A stretch of 64,000 nucleotides of DNA. Source: an uncultured Aminicenantes bacterium. GTDB taxonomy: Bacteria; Acidobacteriota; Aminicenantia; UBA2199. The DNA lies in the NCBI GenBank assembly GCA_965195285.1, contig CBDAFS010000058.1, positions 21,711-85,710 of the forward strand, read 5' to 3'. Positions 53,519 to 63,501 of the stretch are shown piece by piece (position 1 is the stretch's first letter; every line of letters begins with the position of its first letter). Under the pieces are notes generated by a model, which made no database searches, was not told where the DNA came from, and was given only the letters and a program-made list of their open reading frames with translations. A program made the translations under genes and the position numbers.

Positions 53519-55417
53519 ATGTGCGGAATATGCGGGTTTTTTCAAACTGAATCAGTAGCCGATCGGCAGGTCCTGGAGGACATGAACCGTCAGATTTTTC
53601 ACCGTGGCCCGGATGATGACGGTTACTATTTTCATAACCGGGTGGGCTTGGCTGCCAGGAGGCTGAGCATTATTGATTTGGTCACCGGTCATCAGCCGCT
53701 ATCTTCCCATTCGGAAAACAGCTGGATTACCTTCAATGGCGAGGTATACAATTTCAAGGATCTCAGAAGCGAGCTCAAGGTCCGGGGTTTTCAATTCAGG
53801 ACCCAAACCGATACCGAAGTTGTGGTCAATATGTATGAGGCCTATGGCCTTGATTTTGTCCGGAAATTGAGGGGGATGTTTGCCATCGGTATTTATGATC
53901 AGAAAAAGGATAGGCTGGTGCTGGCCAGGGATCATGTGGGTATAAAGCCTCTCTACTATTGCCTGCATCCGAAAAACAATAACCTTATATTTGGGTCTGA
54001 AATCAAATCAATCCTGAAATTCCCAGGCATTCCCCGTGAAATGGATCACCGGGCCCTGGACTTCTTTCTGACCCTGGAATATATTCCGGCTCCCTATTCC
54101 ATTTTTAAACACATCAAAAAATTACCGGCCGGCCATATTCTGACCTTTGAAAAAGGGAAGTTATCGGTTCAGAAATACTGGGAGGTAGAACCTCATGAAA
54201 TATCCGCTGACTTCAATGAGTTGAAGGCCCATTTCTTCAGTCTGTTATCGGAGTCGGTAAAGATGCGGATGATTGCGGATGTGCCCCTGGGGGCTTTTCT
54301 TTCCGGGGGTATTGATTCCAGTGCCATTGTGGCCACCATGTCAGCATTTTCACCTACCCCGATAAAGACATTTTCCATCGGTTTTAAGGACAAATCATAC
54401 AGCGAACTGAAATATTCCAACCAAGTGGCAGAAAAATTCGCTACCGATCATTATACCAAAACTCTGGCTCCCGATATCAATGAGCTGGTTCATTATTTAT
54501 CCGGTTTTTTTGATGAACCCCTGGGTGACTTTTCAAATTTCCCCACCTATCTGGTTTCGAAAACCGCCCGCGAAAAAGTAACGGTGGTTCTGTCAGGTGA
54601 CGGAGGGGATGAAATCTTCGGGGGCTATGAACATTATATTGCCCAGAAGATCGCCCGGACCATCGATTTTTCCCTATTGGCGCCTTTTCATCGGATGGCT
54701 TCAAAAATCACCCATATTTTCCCACCATCTGAATTGAAAAAGGGGTTTGTCAACCGTATCAAAAGGTTCAGCGAGGGACTTGAGAATTCTTTCCATAACC
54801 GGCATTTCAGATGGATGATTTTTCTTTCCAATTTTCAGAAGACCCGGCTTTATTCCAATGATTTTTTAAAAAATGATTTTTTGAAGTGGTTACCGGAGCG
54901 CATACCCTTTGACCGCTATTTTCAGCTCAGTGAACAATTTGACTCCATCAACCGCGACCTGTATCTGGATTTCAAAACCTATCTGGTTGATAATATTCTG
55001 GTAAAGGTTGACCGGATGAGCATGGCCAATTCTCTGGAGACCCGGGTGCCCCTGCTGGATTATAAAATGGTTGAATTTGCCTTTTCATTGCCGCCCAGGT
55101 TCAAACTCAGGGGTAATACCACCAAGTGGTTTTTCAAGAAGGTGATGGAGGGGGTATTGCCTCGGGAGATCATTTACCGGACCAAGGAAGGATTTTCCAT
55201 TCCCATAAAAAACTGGCTGAAGCGGGAACTGAAGGATTTGATGTTTGAATATTTGTCAGAGAGCAGGATACGGGAAACCGGGATCTTCAATTACGGCTAT
55301 ATTCAACATATGATTGATGAACACCTGAACAACCGGCAGAATCATGCCCATCGATTGTGGGCGCTCATTTTGTTTTTCATGTGGATGGAAAAATATTCAA
55401 ACGGTTCAGCAACGTGA
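53519..55417 (+). CDS. asnB: AsnB-family glutamine amidotransferase
   Basis: MCGICG, HRGPD, RLSIIDL..G.QP, FNGEVYN, LSGGIDSS and SGDGGDE.FGGY. Confidence 0.93.
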   Translation: MCGICGFFQTESVADRQVLEDMNRQIFHRGPDDDGYYFHNRVGLAARRLSIIDLVTGHQPLSSHSENSWITFNGEVYNFKDLRSELKVRGFQFRTQTDTEVVVNMYEAYGLDFVRKLRGMFAIGIYDQKKDRLVLARDHVGIKPLYYCLHPKNNNLIFGSEIKSILKFPGIPREMDHRALDFFLTLEYIPAPYSIFKHIKKLPAGHILTFEKGKLSVQKYWEVEPHEISADFNELKAHFFSLLSESVKMRMIADVPLGAFLSGGIDSSAIVATMSAFSPTPIKTFSIGFKDKSYSELKYSNQVAEKFATDHYTKTLAPDINELVHYLSGFFDEPLGDFSNFPTYLVSKTAREKVTVVLSGDGGDEIFGGYEHYIAQKIARTIDFSLLAPFHRMASKITHIFPPSELKKGFVNRIKRFSEGLENSFHNRHFRWMIFLSNFQKTRLYSNDFLKNDFLKWLPERIPFDRYFQLSEQFDSINRDLYLDFKTYLVDNILVKVDRMSMANSLETRVPLLDYKMVEFAFSLPPRFKLRGNTTKWFFKKVMEGVLPREIIYRTKEGFSIPIKNWLKRELKDLMFEYLSESRIRETGIFNYGYIQHMIDEHLNNRQNHAHRLWALILFFMWMEKYSNGSAT

Positions 55418-55503
55418 TTGCGACCCAAAATAATAAATCAGTTCCAAACTGACAGAAATGGATTTAAATAAATAAAATTGATCTCACTGCGGGGAGGCCT
55501 AAG

Positions 55504-56133
55504 ATGATAAAGATCAAGAATTTTTTAAAAGCTACGCTTCTGGGCGGGGTAATGGTGATATTGCCGGTTGTTCTGACCTTTTTCTTACTGAGATGGTTCA
55601 TCACTTTGATCACCGGGCTTATCAATCCCTTCACCCGCCTGCTGGTTGAACAGTCACATATTCAGGAAAATATTGCTGATTTTCTGGTCATTGTTTTTAT
55701 TATCCTGATATGTTTTCTGGTCGGGGTGCTTATCAAAACCAGACTGGGAGTTTTCATTCATAGCCAGGTTGAAAAGAAAATTTTAAAAATTGCCCCCGGA
55801 TATTCGCTTTTCAGGGAAACCGTCAAGCAGTTTTTGGGCCAGAAACGGGCACCTTTTTCATCGGTAGCCTTGGTCAGGGCCTTTGAAAACAGCACCATGA
55901 TGACCGCCTTTATTACCGACCGGCATCCCGATGGCAGCTATACGGTTTATGTGCCCTCCGGCCTCAATCCCACCACCGGTTTGATCTTTCACCTTCAAAA
56001 GGAATTTGTTCATCCGGTTGAGGTGTCGGTTGAGGCGACCATGCAATCGATCATTGGCTGCGGAGCTGGCTCCAGATTATTAATTGAAAGTTATATAAAA
56101 AAGAGTAAACTGTTGGCAGAACTGGAGGTGTAA
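55504..56133 (+). CDS. DUF502 membrane protein
   Basis: G..VILP..LT, P.YS...ETVKQ and V.VP...NPTTG. Confidence 0.88.
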   Translation: MIKIKNFLKATLLGGVMVILPVVLTFFLLRWFITLITGLINPFTRLLVEQSHIQENIADFLVIVFIILICFLVGVLIKTRLGVFIHSQVEKKILKIAPGYSLFRETVKQFLGQKRAPFSSVALVRAFENSTMMTAFITDRHPDGSYTVYVPSGLNPTTGLIFHLQKEFVHPVEVSVEATMQSIIGCGAGSRLLIESYIKKSKLLAELEV

Positions 56134-56170
56134 TGGATTAACCGGCCCAGGATCCAGGTATTGACTCTGG

Positions 56171-56199
56171 TTGACATTCAGCCTGTCAGATAATATAAT
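56171..56199 (+). promoter_or_regulatory. Consensus sigma70 promoter of the Lon-family gene
   Basis: Perfect TTGACA-N17-TATAAT. Confidence 0.8.
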
Positions 56200-56289
56200 C
56201 TTTTTGTTTCACAGGGCTGAAATAATCAGCCTGTCATGAGAAACTGGAAGTAAAAACCAAGACTATTTTAAATAAGCATGAGGTAAATA

Positions 56290-58713
56290 ATGTCCCAGAA
56301 AAAACAATTCGAAACCGTAAGCCCGGATAAACTCAGATGGACCTGTGATCCCAAAATTTTGAGTCAGGTTGATGAGGGAAGCCAGAGAACATATCCAGAT
56401 ATTATCGGGCAGAAGAGGGCGGTTAATGCCCTGCGTCTGGGTTTTGATATCGAAAGCCATGGCTACAACATTTTTGTGAATGGCCTGGTGGGAACCGGTC
56501 GTAAAACAGCCATAAACTGTTTATTAGAGGAAACCAAGCGTATCAAGAGAATTCCGGATGATAAATTATATGTGTTCAACTTCAAAAATCCGGATAAACC
56601 CAAACTGATCCGATTGGAAGCCGGAAAGGGTAAGACTTTTAAAAGGGATATGGATGATTTTATCGAATATCTGGTCAGTACGGTTCCTGCCGTTTTTGAG
56701 AGCGAAAATTATCAGGGTCAGAGAAAGGTCATCATTGACGGAATCAAAAATAAGCAAAAGAAAATCATCAAGGAATTTGAGAGTGAAATCCGCCGGGAAA
56801 ATTTTGCTTTGATTCAGATGCAAATCGGTACCATTACCCGTCCGGTCATTTTACCGGTTGTGGATAAAAAACCTGTCAATTTCGATCAACTGAATGCCAT
56901 GGCTGATGAGGGAAAATTTTCCAAGGCAGAAATCATTAAAATAGAAAAGAGACATTCCGAGCTCTCCGACAAAATGGATACGATTCTGAAGGAGATACGG
57001 GATATGGAAAAGGCCGGGACTCAAAAACTCAAATCCCTGGATAGGGATGTGGTGACCCCATTGGTTAAATTGAGGATTGATGAAATAAAGGCCTCCAACC
57101 CATCCGACAGTATTGAAGTATACCTGAATGAAGTACAGGAAAGTGTTCTGGAAAACCTGGCCAAGTTTCTAAAGCCACCCGAGGATCAGGCGCAGGCTTT
57201 GTTGGGAGTTCCCATACCCCAGCAGGATCCTTTTATTGAATACCAGGTGAATCTGCTGGTGGATAATTCGGGAGCCAAGAGAGCACCGGTTATTTTTGAA
57301 ACCTCGCCCTCTTATGCCAATCTCTTCGGAACCGTTGAAGTGACCCCCAATCGGTTCGGGAGTTCAAAAACGGATTTCACCAAGATAAAGGCCGGTTCAC
57401 TGCTTCAGGCGGATGGGGGATTTTTGATTGTCGAGGCCCTGGACCTGCTGATTGAACCCGGTGTCTGGCCGGCATTTAAAAGAACCCTGAGAAACCGGAA
57501 AGTCGAGATCCAGGTGTATGCGCCCATTTATATGATTTCCATTTCCGGGATGAAACCGGAATCCATTGATATTGATGTCAAGGTGGTCATGGTGGGGGAT
57601 TCGTTTTTATACCACCTTCTCTATACCCGGGATGAAGATTTCAAAAAAATATTCAAACTGCGTGCTGATTTTGATTCGGTCATGAAAATAGACCGTGAAA
57701 GCTTGAGGGACTATAATAATTTTGTTGAGCGAATCATTTCCACCGAGCAATTGAATGATTTGAACAAGAAAGCGGTTGCCGCGGTGGTGGAGTACGGAGC
57801 CCGACTGGCCGGCAAGCAGGATAAGCTATCCACCCAGTTTAACAAAGTCGCGGATATTTTGCGCGAGGCCAATTACTGGGCTCAAAAGGATAAGAGTTCC
57901 AAAATCACCGAAAGACATGTGAAACGGGCCATAAAGGAAAAAATTGACCGCTCCAGACTCATCGAAGAGAAAATCCAGGAAATGATAGATGAAGGTTCCA
58001 TCATGATTGATACCCGGGGAAGTGTTGTTGGTCAGGTCAATGGACTCTCGGTATATGATGTGGGTGATTATGCCTTTGGTAAACCTTCCCGGATCACGGC
58101 CAATGCCGCGGTTGGAGAATCCGGGATCATCAATATCGAGCGTGAAGCCGAGCTAAGCGGCAGAATTCACAACAAAGGGGTATTGATTATATCCGGTTAC
58201 CTTCGTCTGAAATTCGCCCAGAACAAACCGCTGATTGTCAGCGCCAGTTTGTGTTTTGAACAGTCCTATTCCGGGATTGAAGGGGATTCGGCCAGCTCAA
58301 CTGAGATTTACGCGCTCTTATCAGCCCTGTCTGATCTTCCCTTGAGACAGGATATTGCGGTTACCGGTTCGGTCAATCAAAAGGGGTGGATTCAGCCCAT
58401 TGGCGGTGTCAATCAAAAAATCGAGGGATTTTTCAAAGTCTGCCAGTCAAAAGAACTGAGCGGTACCCAGGGAGTTATTATCCCCCAGCAAAATGTCAGG
58501 GACCTGATGCTGGATAGTGAAGTGATTGAAGCGGTTAAACAGGGTCAATTTCATATCTACCCGGTCAAGACCATTGATCAGGGGATTGAGATTCTCACCG
58601 GAATTCCTTCCGGCACCCGGAAGAATGATGGGAACTATGAACCGGATACGGTTTATGATCGGGTCGATAAGAAGCTCCAGAAGTTCGCCAATACCTGGAA
58701 GGCCTATCAATAG
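56290..58713 (+). CDS. Lon-related (LonC/AAA_32 type) serine protease
   Basis: IIGQ.RA..AL..G, GQVNGL, EQSY..IEGDSAS (Ser) and IGGVNQKIEGF (Lys dyad). Confidence 0.9.
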   Translation: MSQKKQFETVSPDKLRWTCDPKILSQVDEGSQRTYPDIIGQKRAVNALRLGFDIESHGYNIFVNGLVGTGRKTAINCLLEETKRIKRIPDDKLYVFNFKNPDKPKLIRLEAGKGKTFKRDMDDFIEYLVSTVPAVFESENYQGQRKVIIDGIKNKQKKIIKEFESEIRRENFALIQMQIGTITRPVILPVVDKKPVNFDQLNAMADEGKFSKAEIIKIEKRHSELSDKMDTILKEIRDMEKAGTQKLKSLDRDVVTPLVKLRIDEIKASNPSDSIEVYLNEVQESVLENLAKFLKPPEDQAQALLGVPIPQQDPFIEYQVNLLVDNSGAKRAPVIFETSPSYANLFGTVEVTPNRFGSSKTDFTKIKAGSLLQADGGFLIVEALDLLIEPGVWPAFKRTLRNRKVEIQVYAPIYMISISGMKPESIDIDVKVVMVGDSFLYHLLYTRDEDFKKIFKLRADFDSVMKIDRESLRDYNNFVERIISTEQLNDLNKKAVAAVVEYGARLAGKQDKLSTQFNKVADILREANYWAQKDKSSKITERHVKRAIKEKIDRSRLIEEKIQEMIDEGSIMIDTRGSVVGQVNGLSVYDVGDYAFGKPSRITANAAVGESGIINIEREAELSGRIHNKGVLIISGYLRLKFAQNKPLIVSASLCFEQSYSGIEGDSASSTEIYALLSALSDLPLRQDIAVTGSVNQKGWIQPIGGVNQKIEGFFKVCQSKELSGTQGVIIPQQNVRDLMLDSEVIEAVKQGQFHIYPVKTIDQGIEILTGIPSGTRKNDGNYEPDTVYDRVDKKLQKFANTWKAYQ

Positions 58714-58721
58714 ATATTTTC

Positions 58722-59807
58722 TCAGGAATGGTTCTGTTTTATCCGGTAAACCCAGTTATAGGGATCTGACTTTTCTCCGTATTGGATGGCGGTGAGCTCC
58801 TGATAGATTTTTTTAGACCAGGGTCCGGTCTGGTTGTTGTTGATGGTATATTCCCGGTCATCCACGTTCAACTTACCGATCGGGCTGAGAACGGCTGCGG
58901 TCCCTGCCCCGAACATTTCGGTCACCCGGCCATCGGGAATTCCCTGGCAGAGTTCTTCGATGGTGATCATCTTCTCTTCAGTGGTAATGCCCAGGTCCGG
59001 GGACATATCCAGAATTGATTTTCGGGTAATTCCCGGTAAAATAGAACCGGTCAGGGGTGGAGTGACCAGTTTATCCTCAATCACGAAGAAGATATTCATG
59101 GCCCCGACTTCTTCCACATACCGGTGTTCTTTGGCATCCAGCCACAAAACCTGGTTGTAACCTTTTTCCAGAGCCGTCTTGATGGCTGTCAGGCTTCCGC
59201 CATAATTTCCCCCGGCTTTTACCGCACCGGTCCCACCTTCGGCTGCCCGGGAAATCTCGCGACTGACCCAGAGACCCACCGGATTGAAACCTTCGGGAAA
59301 GTAGGGGCCTGACGGCGACAGGATAATGAAAAATAAAAACTCGGATGAAGGCCTGACGCCCAGTATGGCCTCGGTAGCAATAACCGTGGGACGCATATAG
59401 AGTGCCGTTCCTTTTTGATCGGGTATCCAGCGTTTCTCCATTTTTAACAGTTCACACTCATAATGCAGTATATCCGCTTCCGGTATGGTCGGCATGCACA
59501 TGCGCTTCAGAGAGCGATTCAGTCTCTTGGCATTTTCCAAAGGCCTGAACATGAGGATGTCTCCCTCAGGTGATTTGTAGGCTTTCTGTCCTTCGAACAC
59601 TTCCTGGCTGTAGTGGAAAACCAGGGAGGCAGGGTCCATGACCAGTGGGCCATAGGGCTTTATTTCAGGCCGGTGCCAGCCCTTTTCTTGGTTGTAGGTC
59701 AGGGTAAACATATAATCGGTAAACTGCTGGCCGAAAAGCAGTTGTGAGGCATCTTTGAAGAGCGGTTTTAATTTTTCCGGAGGCAATATTGTTTTTATTA
59801 TTTCCAT
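58722..59807 (-). CDS. ilvE: Branched-chain amino acid aminotransferase
   Basis: HYSQEVFEG.KAY, K.GGNY, EEVGAMNIF, ILPGITR and GTAA. Confidence 0.95.
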   Translation of the reverse strand: MEIIKTILPPEKLKPLFKDASQLLFGQQFTDYMFTLTYNQEKGWHRPEIKPYGPLVMDPASLVFHYSQEVFEGQKAYKSPEGDILMFRPLENAKRLNRSLKRMCMPTIPEADILHYECELLKMEKRWIPDQKGTALYMRPTVIATEAILGVRPSSEFLFFIILSPSGPYFPEGFNPVGLWVSREISRAAEGGTGAVKAGGNYGGSLTAIKTALEKGYNQVLWLDAKEHRYVEEVGAMNIFFVIEDKLVTPPLTGSILPGITRKSILDMSPDLGITTEEKMITIEELCQGIPDGRVTEMFGAGTAAVLSPIGKLNVDDREYTINNNQTGPWSKKIYQELTAIQYGEKSDPYNWVYRIKQNHS

Positions 59808-59985
59808 GAGACTCCTTAATTCATATGGGGAAAAATATGAATGGTTTTGATTGGGTTACTTTTTATATTACTCTTTTTAAAAAAGGTTGTCAAGCCACGA
59901 TGGAGTGCTTGTTTAAAAACATCCGGAAGAATCAAAACAGTTGAAAAGAATTGTGATTTTTTCTAAAATATAACATCTTGAGATA

Positions 59986-60876
59986 ATGGAAAATTTGACT
60001 CAATACTGTGCACCGAGAACCCGGATCTTCGAGGAGAAGATTGCCCTGGACTCGGAAACCAACCTTCGGGTCATTGTTTTCAGGCCTGCAGGAAAAAAAA
60101 GAGCGACAGCTGTGGTTTTTGTAGCCGGGTGGATGTCGCTAATTGATAGCTGGAGAAAGGTGCTGCGGGAAATGACCAGGGATTTTACCGTATACTATAT
60201 TGAAACCCGGGAAAAAATGAGTTCCCGGGTGAAGGGGAAGGCTGGTTTCGGCATCAGGGATATCGGGATGGATATTGTCCGGATGGTGGATCGACTCGGT
60301 CTTAAGGATAAGCAGTATATAATCGTGGCCAGCTCGCTGGGTGCCACGGCTGTATTCGATTGTTGTGGTTTTTTCACCGTGTCGCCCCAAGCCCTGATTA
60401 TGATTAATCCCAATGCCGTATTCCGGATACCGTTTTTCTGGAAAATCCTGGTCAGACTGTTTTATGCCCCGTTGTTTGTGATTTTCCGGCCCATGATCAA
60501 ATGGTACCTGAGGACCTTTCGGCTGGATGTTCAGGCAGACCCGGCCCAGTATCAAAAGTACTGCCGCACTCTGGATAATGCCGATCCCCGGAAGTCCAAA
60601 AAAACGGTTATGGCCTTATGGAATTATCAGGTCTGGGATAAACTGGAGGCGGTTCGGTTTCCCACCCTGGTGGTGGGCGCTTCCAGGGATAAGCTGCATG
60701 AACCCGAAAATATCCGGCGAATGGTCTCGATGCTTCCCAGGGCCACTTATCTGGATATGGAGACCAATGCCCGTAATCACAGTTCCGAGCTGGTGGAAGC
60801 GATACGCCGTTACCTGGACGGGTTGAAAAAAACCCGTGAACTATTGGGATCCCAGAATTCTGGAAATCGTGGCTGA
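59986..60876 (+). CDS. Alpha/beta-hydrolase fold protein
   Basis: VFVAGW oxyanion strand, ASSLGA nucleophile elbow, PTLVVG..D and C-terminal NH. Confidence 0.75.
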   Translation: MENLTQYCAPRTRIFEEKIALDSETNLRVIVFRPAGKKRATAVVFVAGWMSLIDSWRKVLREMTRDFTVYYIETREKMSSRVKGKAGFGIRDIGMDIVRMVDRLGLKDKQYIIVASSLGATAVFDCCGFFTVSPQALIMINPNAVFRIPFFWKILVRLFYAPLFVIFRPMIKWYLRTFRLDVQADPAQYQKYCRTLDNADPRKSKKTVMALWNYQVWDKLEAVRFPTLVVGASRDKLHEPENIRRMVSMLPRATYLDMETNARNHSSELVEAIRRYLDGLKKTRELLGSQNSGNRG

Positions 60877-63276
60877 AAAACCTTCGACTTTGATCGGCTT
60901 TTTTATGACTTCGGAAAATCCCAGTTCGGTTAAATAGGATTCCTGGTTTTCTGAAAATGCGGTGATAGCGATGACCTTTTTCTTTAAATAGGGGTGATTT
61001 TTCTTTATCTGTTTCAAAAGGGTAATGCCATCCATATCCGGCATTTTCAGGTCGGTGATCACCAGTGAAACCCTGTTTTTGTCCAGGATTTCCAGGGCTT
61101 CTCTGCCGTTGGAGGCGGTGAGGGCCAGATAACCCAGGTGACCTTCCAGAAGGTTTTTGAACATTTGCCGGACTTCATCGTCATCCTCGACCAGTAAGAT
61201 GACCTCTCCCAGTCCCTGGATGATAGACATGCCCTTTTTTTTGGGCGGTTTTTTACCTTGGACCTCATAACTGGGGAAATAGATGGATACGGTGGTTCCC
61301 TGTCTGGTTTTGCTGTCGACCATAATATGGGCATTCATTTCATCGATTATTCTTTTAACGATTGATAATCCCAGCCCGGTACCCTTTCCCTGCAATTTCA
61401 TGGAGTAGAAGGGTTTGAATATATCATCGATGAATTTTTCATCGATTCCGATTCCGTTGTCTTTGATAACCAGTTTAATATATGATCCGGCTTTTATATG
61501 GATGTTATTAATATATTTGCTGATTTTTACTTCAATATTACTGGTTTCGATCGAAAGAGTTCCTCCCCGGGGCATGGCATCCCGGGAATTGATAACCAGG
61601 TTCATGATCACCTGGCGGATTTTTTCCGAATTCCCACGGATACTGAAAATGTCCGGGGTCAGATCCAGGTTGATGTTAACCTGATCTCCGACAATCTGGA
61701 CCAGCAGTTCCAGCCAATCATTGATGATTTTATTTAGGTTGATGATTTCCAGAAACTGGTCCTCTTCCCGGGTGAAAGCCAGCAGCTGCTGAACCAGGCC
61801 GGCAGCATTCTCCGATGCCTTGATGATAGCGGTACTATATTTCTTTAAGTCAATATTCTCCAGGGGGATCATGTATTCCAATAACTGGGCATTGCCCAGG
61901 ATTGAGGTCAGTACATTATTGTAATCGTGGGCAATGGCCCCCACCAGAGTGCCGATCGATTCGATTTTCTGTAAATGATGAAATTGAATTTCCGTTTCTC
62001 TCAGGGTCTTTTCTGTTTTTTTTCGTTCAATGGCAGTGGCGATCTGCTGTGAGACAAACATCAAAATATCTTTTTCCTTCTGAGTATAAACAACGTTTTG
62101 GTCATAACTCTGTACCACCAATACCCCGAAGGTCTTTCCGGTTGAGGTCTTCAACGGAATCCCCAACCAGGACAGGCAATTGGTTCCGATCAATTCGATT
62201 TGATTCTTTTTTTCCAGTTCCCGGGATAATTCCCGGGTCAGCAATAAGGGTTCCTCGGTTCTCAACACATATTCGGTTAATCCTTTTCCCGGTTTTTTGG
62301 GAACCGGTGTGGAATCATGCTCATCCACGAAATAGGGAAAGCTTAATAATTCCTGCATGGGATCATGAAGTGATATATAGAAATTTTTAACATTGATGTG
62401 CTGGCCCAGGATTTGGTGGATAGCCTGGTATAACTGGTTGAGATCCTTGGAAGTGAAGGTTTTTTCCGATATTTCAAAGATTGTGCGTTGTAATTGTTCT
62501 GATTTCTTTCTTTCGGAAATATCTCTCACCACCGAATAAATCCATTTCAGTTTTTTCTTTTTATTCAGAACCGGAGTGGGATTGATCTCTACCGGAGTAA
62601 TTTTCCCACCCTTTCCCAGGAATTCTTTTTCGTTTAAAAGGGGCTTCAGGCCTTTTTTAAGCTGCAGGAATTTTTTATCGTAATCATCGTGGTACTTCTC
62701 CACCACAAAAATTTTATAATCTTTACCGATGAGTTCATTTTTGGGGAATCCCAGCAGGGTTGATGATTTCTGGTTGCAGTCGATGATGATCCCATCCGGG
62801 TTCAACTGGAAAAGGGCATCATTGGACTGTTCAAAAAGCAGTCGGAATTTCTCTTCTCTTGAGCTTAGCTCTTCTTCATACGCTTTCCGGGAGGTGATAT
62901 CAGTGACCAGGGTAACAATACCGCTGACCCGGTCTGCTTCAATAATGGGGATTTTTTTGGTTTCGGTTCTGATTTTTTGGTTGTTGATTTCAGTCACCTC
63001 TTCGGTGACCAGGGCTTCACCGGTTTTCAGAACCTGTTGGTATTCCTCACGGATTTTTTCGGATAAAAAGAAAAAAATGTCAAACAGGTTTATTCCGATA
63101 ACTTTTTTGTATTCCAGGCCCAGTTGTTGGGTCCATTGATAGAATTTTTTATTGACCAGGGTGATTGTTAATTCAGTATCGACCATGTGGATGAGTGAAT
63201 CGATTGCATCGATGGTATTCTTGTACAGTGGTTTGGAAGCGAACTCGTTGTCTGTCTCCCTTTTTCGGGCGGCCAT
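60841..63276 (-). CDS. Hybrid sensor histidine kinase PAS-PAS-GAF-HisKA-HATPase-REC
   Basis: AHDYNN H-box, QVIMNLVINSRDAM, DNGIG, GTGLGL and REC VEDD..DLKMP..KP. Confidence 0.93.
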   Translation of the reverse strand: MAARKRETDNEFASKPLYKNTIDAIDSLIHMVDTELTITLVNKKFYQWTQQLGLEYKKVIGINLFDIFFFLSEKIREEYQQVLKTGEALVTEEVTEINNQKIRTETKKIPIIEADRVSGIVTLVTDITSRKAYEEELSSREEKFRLLFEQSNDALFQLNPDGIIIDCNQKSSTLLGFPKNELIGKDYKIFVVEKYHDDYDKKFLQLKKGLKPLLNEKEFLGKGGKITPVEINPTPVLNKKKKLKWIYSVVRDISERKKSEQLQRTIFEISEKTFTSKDLNQLYQAIHQILGQHINVKNFYISLHDPMQELLSFPYFVDEHDSTPVPKKPGKGLTEYVLRTEEPLLLTRELSRELEKKNQIELIGTNCLSWLGIPLKTSTGKTFGVLVVQSYDQNVVYTQKEKDILMFVSQQIATAIERKKTEKTLRETEIQFHHLQKIESIGTLVGAIAHDYNNVLTSILGNAQLLEYMIPLENIDLKKYSTAIIKASENAAGLVQQLLAFTREEDQFLEIINLNKIINDWLELLVQIVGDQVNINLDLTPDIFSIRGNSEKIRQVIMNLVINSRDAMPRGGTLSIETSNIEVKISKYINNIHIKAGSYIKLVIKDNGIGIDEKFIDDIFKPFYSMKLQGKGTGLGLSIVKRIIDEMNAHIMVDSKTRQGTTVSIYFPSYEVQGKKPPKKKGMSIIQGLGEVILLVEDDDEVRQMFKNLLEGHLGYLALTASNGREALEILDKNRVSLVITDLKMPDMDGITLLKQIKKNHPYLKKKVIAITAFSENQESYLTELGFSEVIKKPIKVEGFSATISRILGSQ

Positions 63277-63374
63277 GATTTCTACATTATATCAAATGTG
63301 AACAATAAAAAAAAACGAATCCGGTCAAATAGGTTTAAATAAATATTTTATTGAATTTTTTTTGCTTAAATATA

Positions 63375-63403
63375 TTGACATTTGTTTTTTTATTTTTTAA
63401 AAT
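63375..63403 (+). promoter_or_regulatory. Sigma70-type promoter with no downstream protein gene
   Basis: TTGACA-N17-TAAAAT. Confidence 0.65.
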
Positions 63404-63478
63404 AACATTTGAAGAAAATAAAATGCCTTTCCATCTCTCCCCCCTTAATATAAACACATATCTCCCACCAAAAAAACA

Positions 63479-63501
63479 GGCCCCCCGTTAAATGGGGGGC
63501 C
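63479..63501. terminator. GC-rich hairpin, probable intrinsic terminator
   Basis: GGCCCCCC-gttaaat-GGGGGGCC. The A-tract on the left gives a U-tail on the minus strand; the plus-strand tail (CCTACCTTT) is weak. Confidence 0.7.
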
